49,823 nt of DNA from Rhizaria sp. SCN 62-66. Lineage: Eukaryota. Where the stretch lies: NCBI GenBank assembly GCA_001724265.1, contig MEDY01000409.1, forward strand, positions 1-49,823, read 5' to 3'. The notes under the pieces were generated by a model. It made no database searches. It saw nothing but the letters and a program-made list of their open reading frames with translations, and was not told the origin of the DNA. Of this stretch, positions 47,259-49,823 are shown piece after piece; the stretch's first letter is position 1, and the number at the start of each line of letters is the position of its first letter. A program made the position numbers and the translations under genes.

Positions 47259-49823
47259 ATAAGAAGACACGACTGTCTCTCTCTTCGTCCGTCCGTCTGT
47301 ATTATCGTTTTATCTTGTCTAACATATGTCCAGCTGCACGCCACACGCACGCAAGTACTGGTGCTGCAGGCTAACTGCTGGCCGAATGCGTCAGTGTGGC
47401 AACGCAGCGCCGCAGTCTGTTGGATCGTGAATGCCGTTTTATCCGTGTGTTTGAATGCATGACTCTGCGCGCGAGTGAGTGGGCGAGTTATGTGAGCTGG
47501 CGTCTGTCAAGGGACTGTGTTCTTACGCGTTATGATCTTATGATCTTGATCTATTTTCTTTTGAGTTTTTTTTTGTTGTTGTTGTTTTGTTTTTCACACT
47601 GTAAATTGCGGGAATACCGAAGGTTACATTACGTAGTGCTAATTATCTATTGTCTATTGCTTGAGTTCACTTTCCAGACGGCACTCTTCTCGCCGTCTGT
47701 GATGGCAGTATAGTTCACTCAACATGCGTTCCATACAAGTCTAGATAGGTATTATTCTTAAAGTAATCAACCAGTGACACTCCATTATGCATATACTTCC
47801 CGGTTACCATGCCATGCTGATGAGCATATTATAGCTGTAAGGCATAACATATTTAATATAGTATGCGTGTTTCTGCGAATTTCTTCTAAGGATCTTTCGA
47901 TGTCCGTCCACGCCACCGGGAAGTTACAGTTATTTGTTTCATAACTAGGAAGTCTGCTGACTCTTCACCATCTGCAACAGGCTCCAACTGGAATCCAACT
48001 GACGCACTGTAAGCGAACTCTTACTCTGACCCTTCCCGGCTTGTAATTTGCAAAACACGGAAGAAACCGGAATAGGACCGAATTGAGAGAGGCGAGCACG
48101 CAACATCTCGAACGCAACTTGACTAGTCCATTTAAGGCCAGAGTCAATGTGGTACAGGCTGGAAAATTGCAGATCTTTCGTGATCAACTGGCAGACAGTT
48201 GCCACAGCGCGGAGAGCTGCTTTTGCTGGAGCATTGGTGTACGAGAGCTGCGCAAACGCGGAACAGGTCGGAGTGGACTGGGGCGATCCGTTTACAAGGC
48301 CAAAAACGGAGAGGAGAAGGCGCCTACTTTGGTTCGGGACAAGTTTACGCCAACAAAACACAAAAAAAGATAGGATTCACGACAAAACACGACTGCTTCT
48401 GGCGCAACGCTCAACTGGTAAGAGGGAATAGAAGAGTGTCGGACTTGAGAGTCGAGTCGAGAAACCTGCGGGAACAGCGGGGGAGATTGCGAAGAAGTAT
48501 CGCAGCGGTGCGGCGTTAGACTATATTAAAACAATGAAATTAAATCAAACTAAACACATAAAAGTAATGATTCTTTGGTGGCACATCGTCTAAGACCACT
48601 AATACACCATTTTCCCGGTCGGGCCAGAGGTCTTCTCTCGCTCGTGCGTGCTACGGAGGTTACGAAAAAAACATTAATAAACGGGTCACAGCACCACAAA
48701 ACCATTTCTGATGCAAATAAATTGCTTTAGTTTCGTATGCGCCAATATGAAATTTGCAATTTCTTAATGTCCTCTTGGTTTTTTTCGTTTGCGAAGCAAC
48801 GTACTTTTGTTCATCTCGAAGAAGTGGCGCTTTAGCCCACTATGAGTTCGGTAACACAGCAGTCGTTGATGCTGAACGCCAATCGCAATCCCCTTTGGAA
48901 GCTCGTGAAGCTGTTTTGAAAGCGGGCGCGTTGAGCCTCACGCAGCTCGCGAGCAGCTTGTGTCGAGTCACAACTACGTTTTACGAATGATTACACACGT
49001 TTAGCGACCATGACTGTACATTGTCATCGCTAATTGTTGTTAGTGAGCAACTGAGCAACAGTGATTGCACCTTCATTTGTTGCAAGAGAACAAATGCGCT
49101 GGGAAAGCAGCCTTGAGATTGTGACTCGTATTATTTTCGTGTTAAGTAAGTCGCGGTTAGGACTGAGGAGCGAAGTCAACAAAGACAAGGCACGATACAG
49201 CGATAAACAGGACTGGACAGTGATGTCAACGCTGCAAATGCAAGTCAACCGCCTGATGCAAACAAGTGCACCTTCAAGGACATCCCCACGACGCCCGCAA
49301 AGGCGGAAGAGATCTCGCGCATGCGACTGTTCCTTCAGAATCATATGGGGGAAATCAGAGAGGTGAGAAAGCGTGCAAAAACATGTTTCTAAGAAGAAGA
49401 ATTAAAGTGAAAAGGAGGATCAATAAGAAAATACTCGTGAGCGAGAGAACAGCTTTACTTACGATGAAACCATGCCTTTACACGGTGTTGAGCGAGACAG
49501 GATATTCTTCAACCTGTTGACGGGCAGATCATACACTTTTTCTTCTTCTCACGCCTGCCTGCTGCTCACAGTCAGTTTCGTGCAGCGACATGGCAGACAC
49601 ATGTCGGCCAACGTGGCGAGCCGCCCAGTGGCGATCTGTCGGGGCCCGATTTTTCTGGGGGCACCAAAAGGGGGCGAAAGTCATGAACGTATTACTTTCA
49701 TGTTCTGGTAGATTCAACACATTTGATGCACTGAAAACAAAGAAAAGGATGGGATCAGAGTATGATTAAGCCGTTCTTTATTTGTTATTCTTCTACAAAT
49801 ATGTATATGTGCCAAAGTCGGCG

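Overview
Gene-dense, intron-poor nuclear DNA from a eukaryote, probably a protist, with GC-rich Ala-biased coding regions and AT-rich spacers. It holds 15 protein-coding genes or gene ends: the 3' end of actin, an importin-alpha-like ARM protein, a DUF952 protein, a very large telomerase reverse transcriptase (TERT), a KXD1-like coiled-coil protein, a protein with R-x-x-x-L-A-x-P repeats, a methyltransferase-like protein, mitoribosomal uS5m, mevalonate kinase, a nucleostemin/GNL3-family GTPase, THADA/Trm732, V-ATPase subunit a, Prp19, a mitochondrial-type CysRS and PRMT1. The main finding is evidence for a variant nuclear genetic code. Six in-frame TAG codons interrupt otherwise intact reading frames (TERT twice, CysRS, mevalonate kinase, the ARM gene, the KXD1-like gene), while all 15 genes end in TAA (10) or TGA (5) and none in TAG. 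This points to UAG being a sense codon, most likely Glu or Gln, while UAA remains a stop. Family assignments come from motif recognition by eye; no database searches were run.
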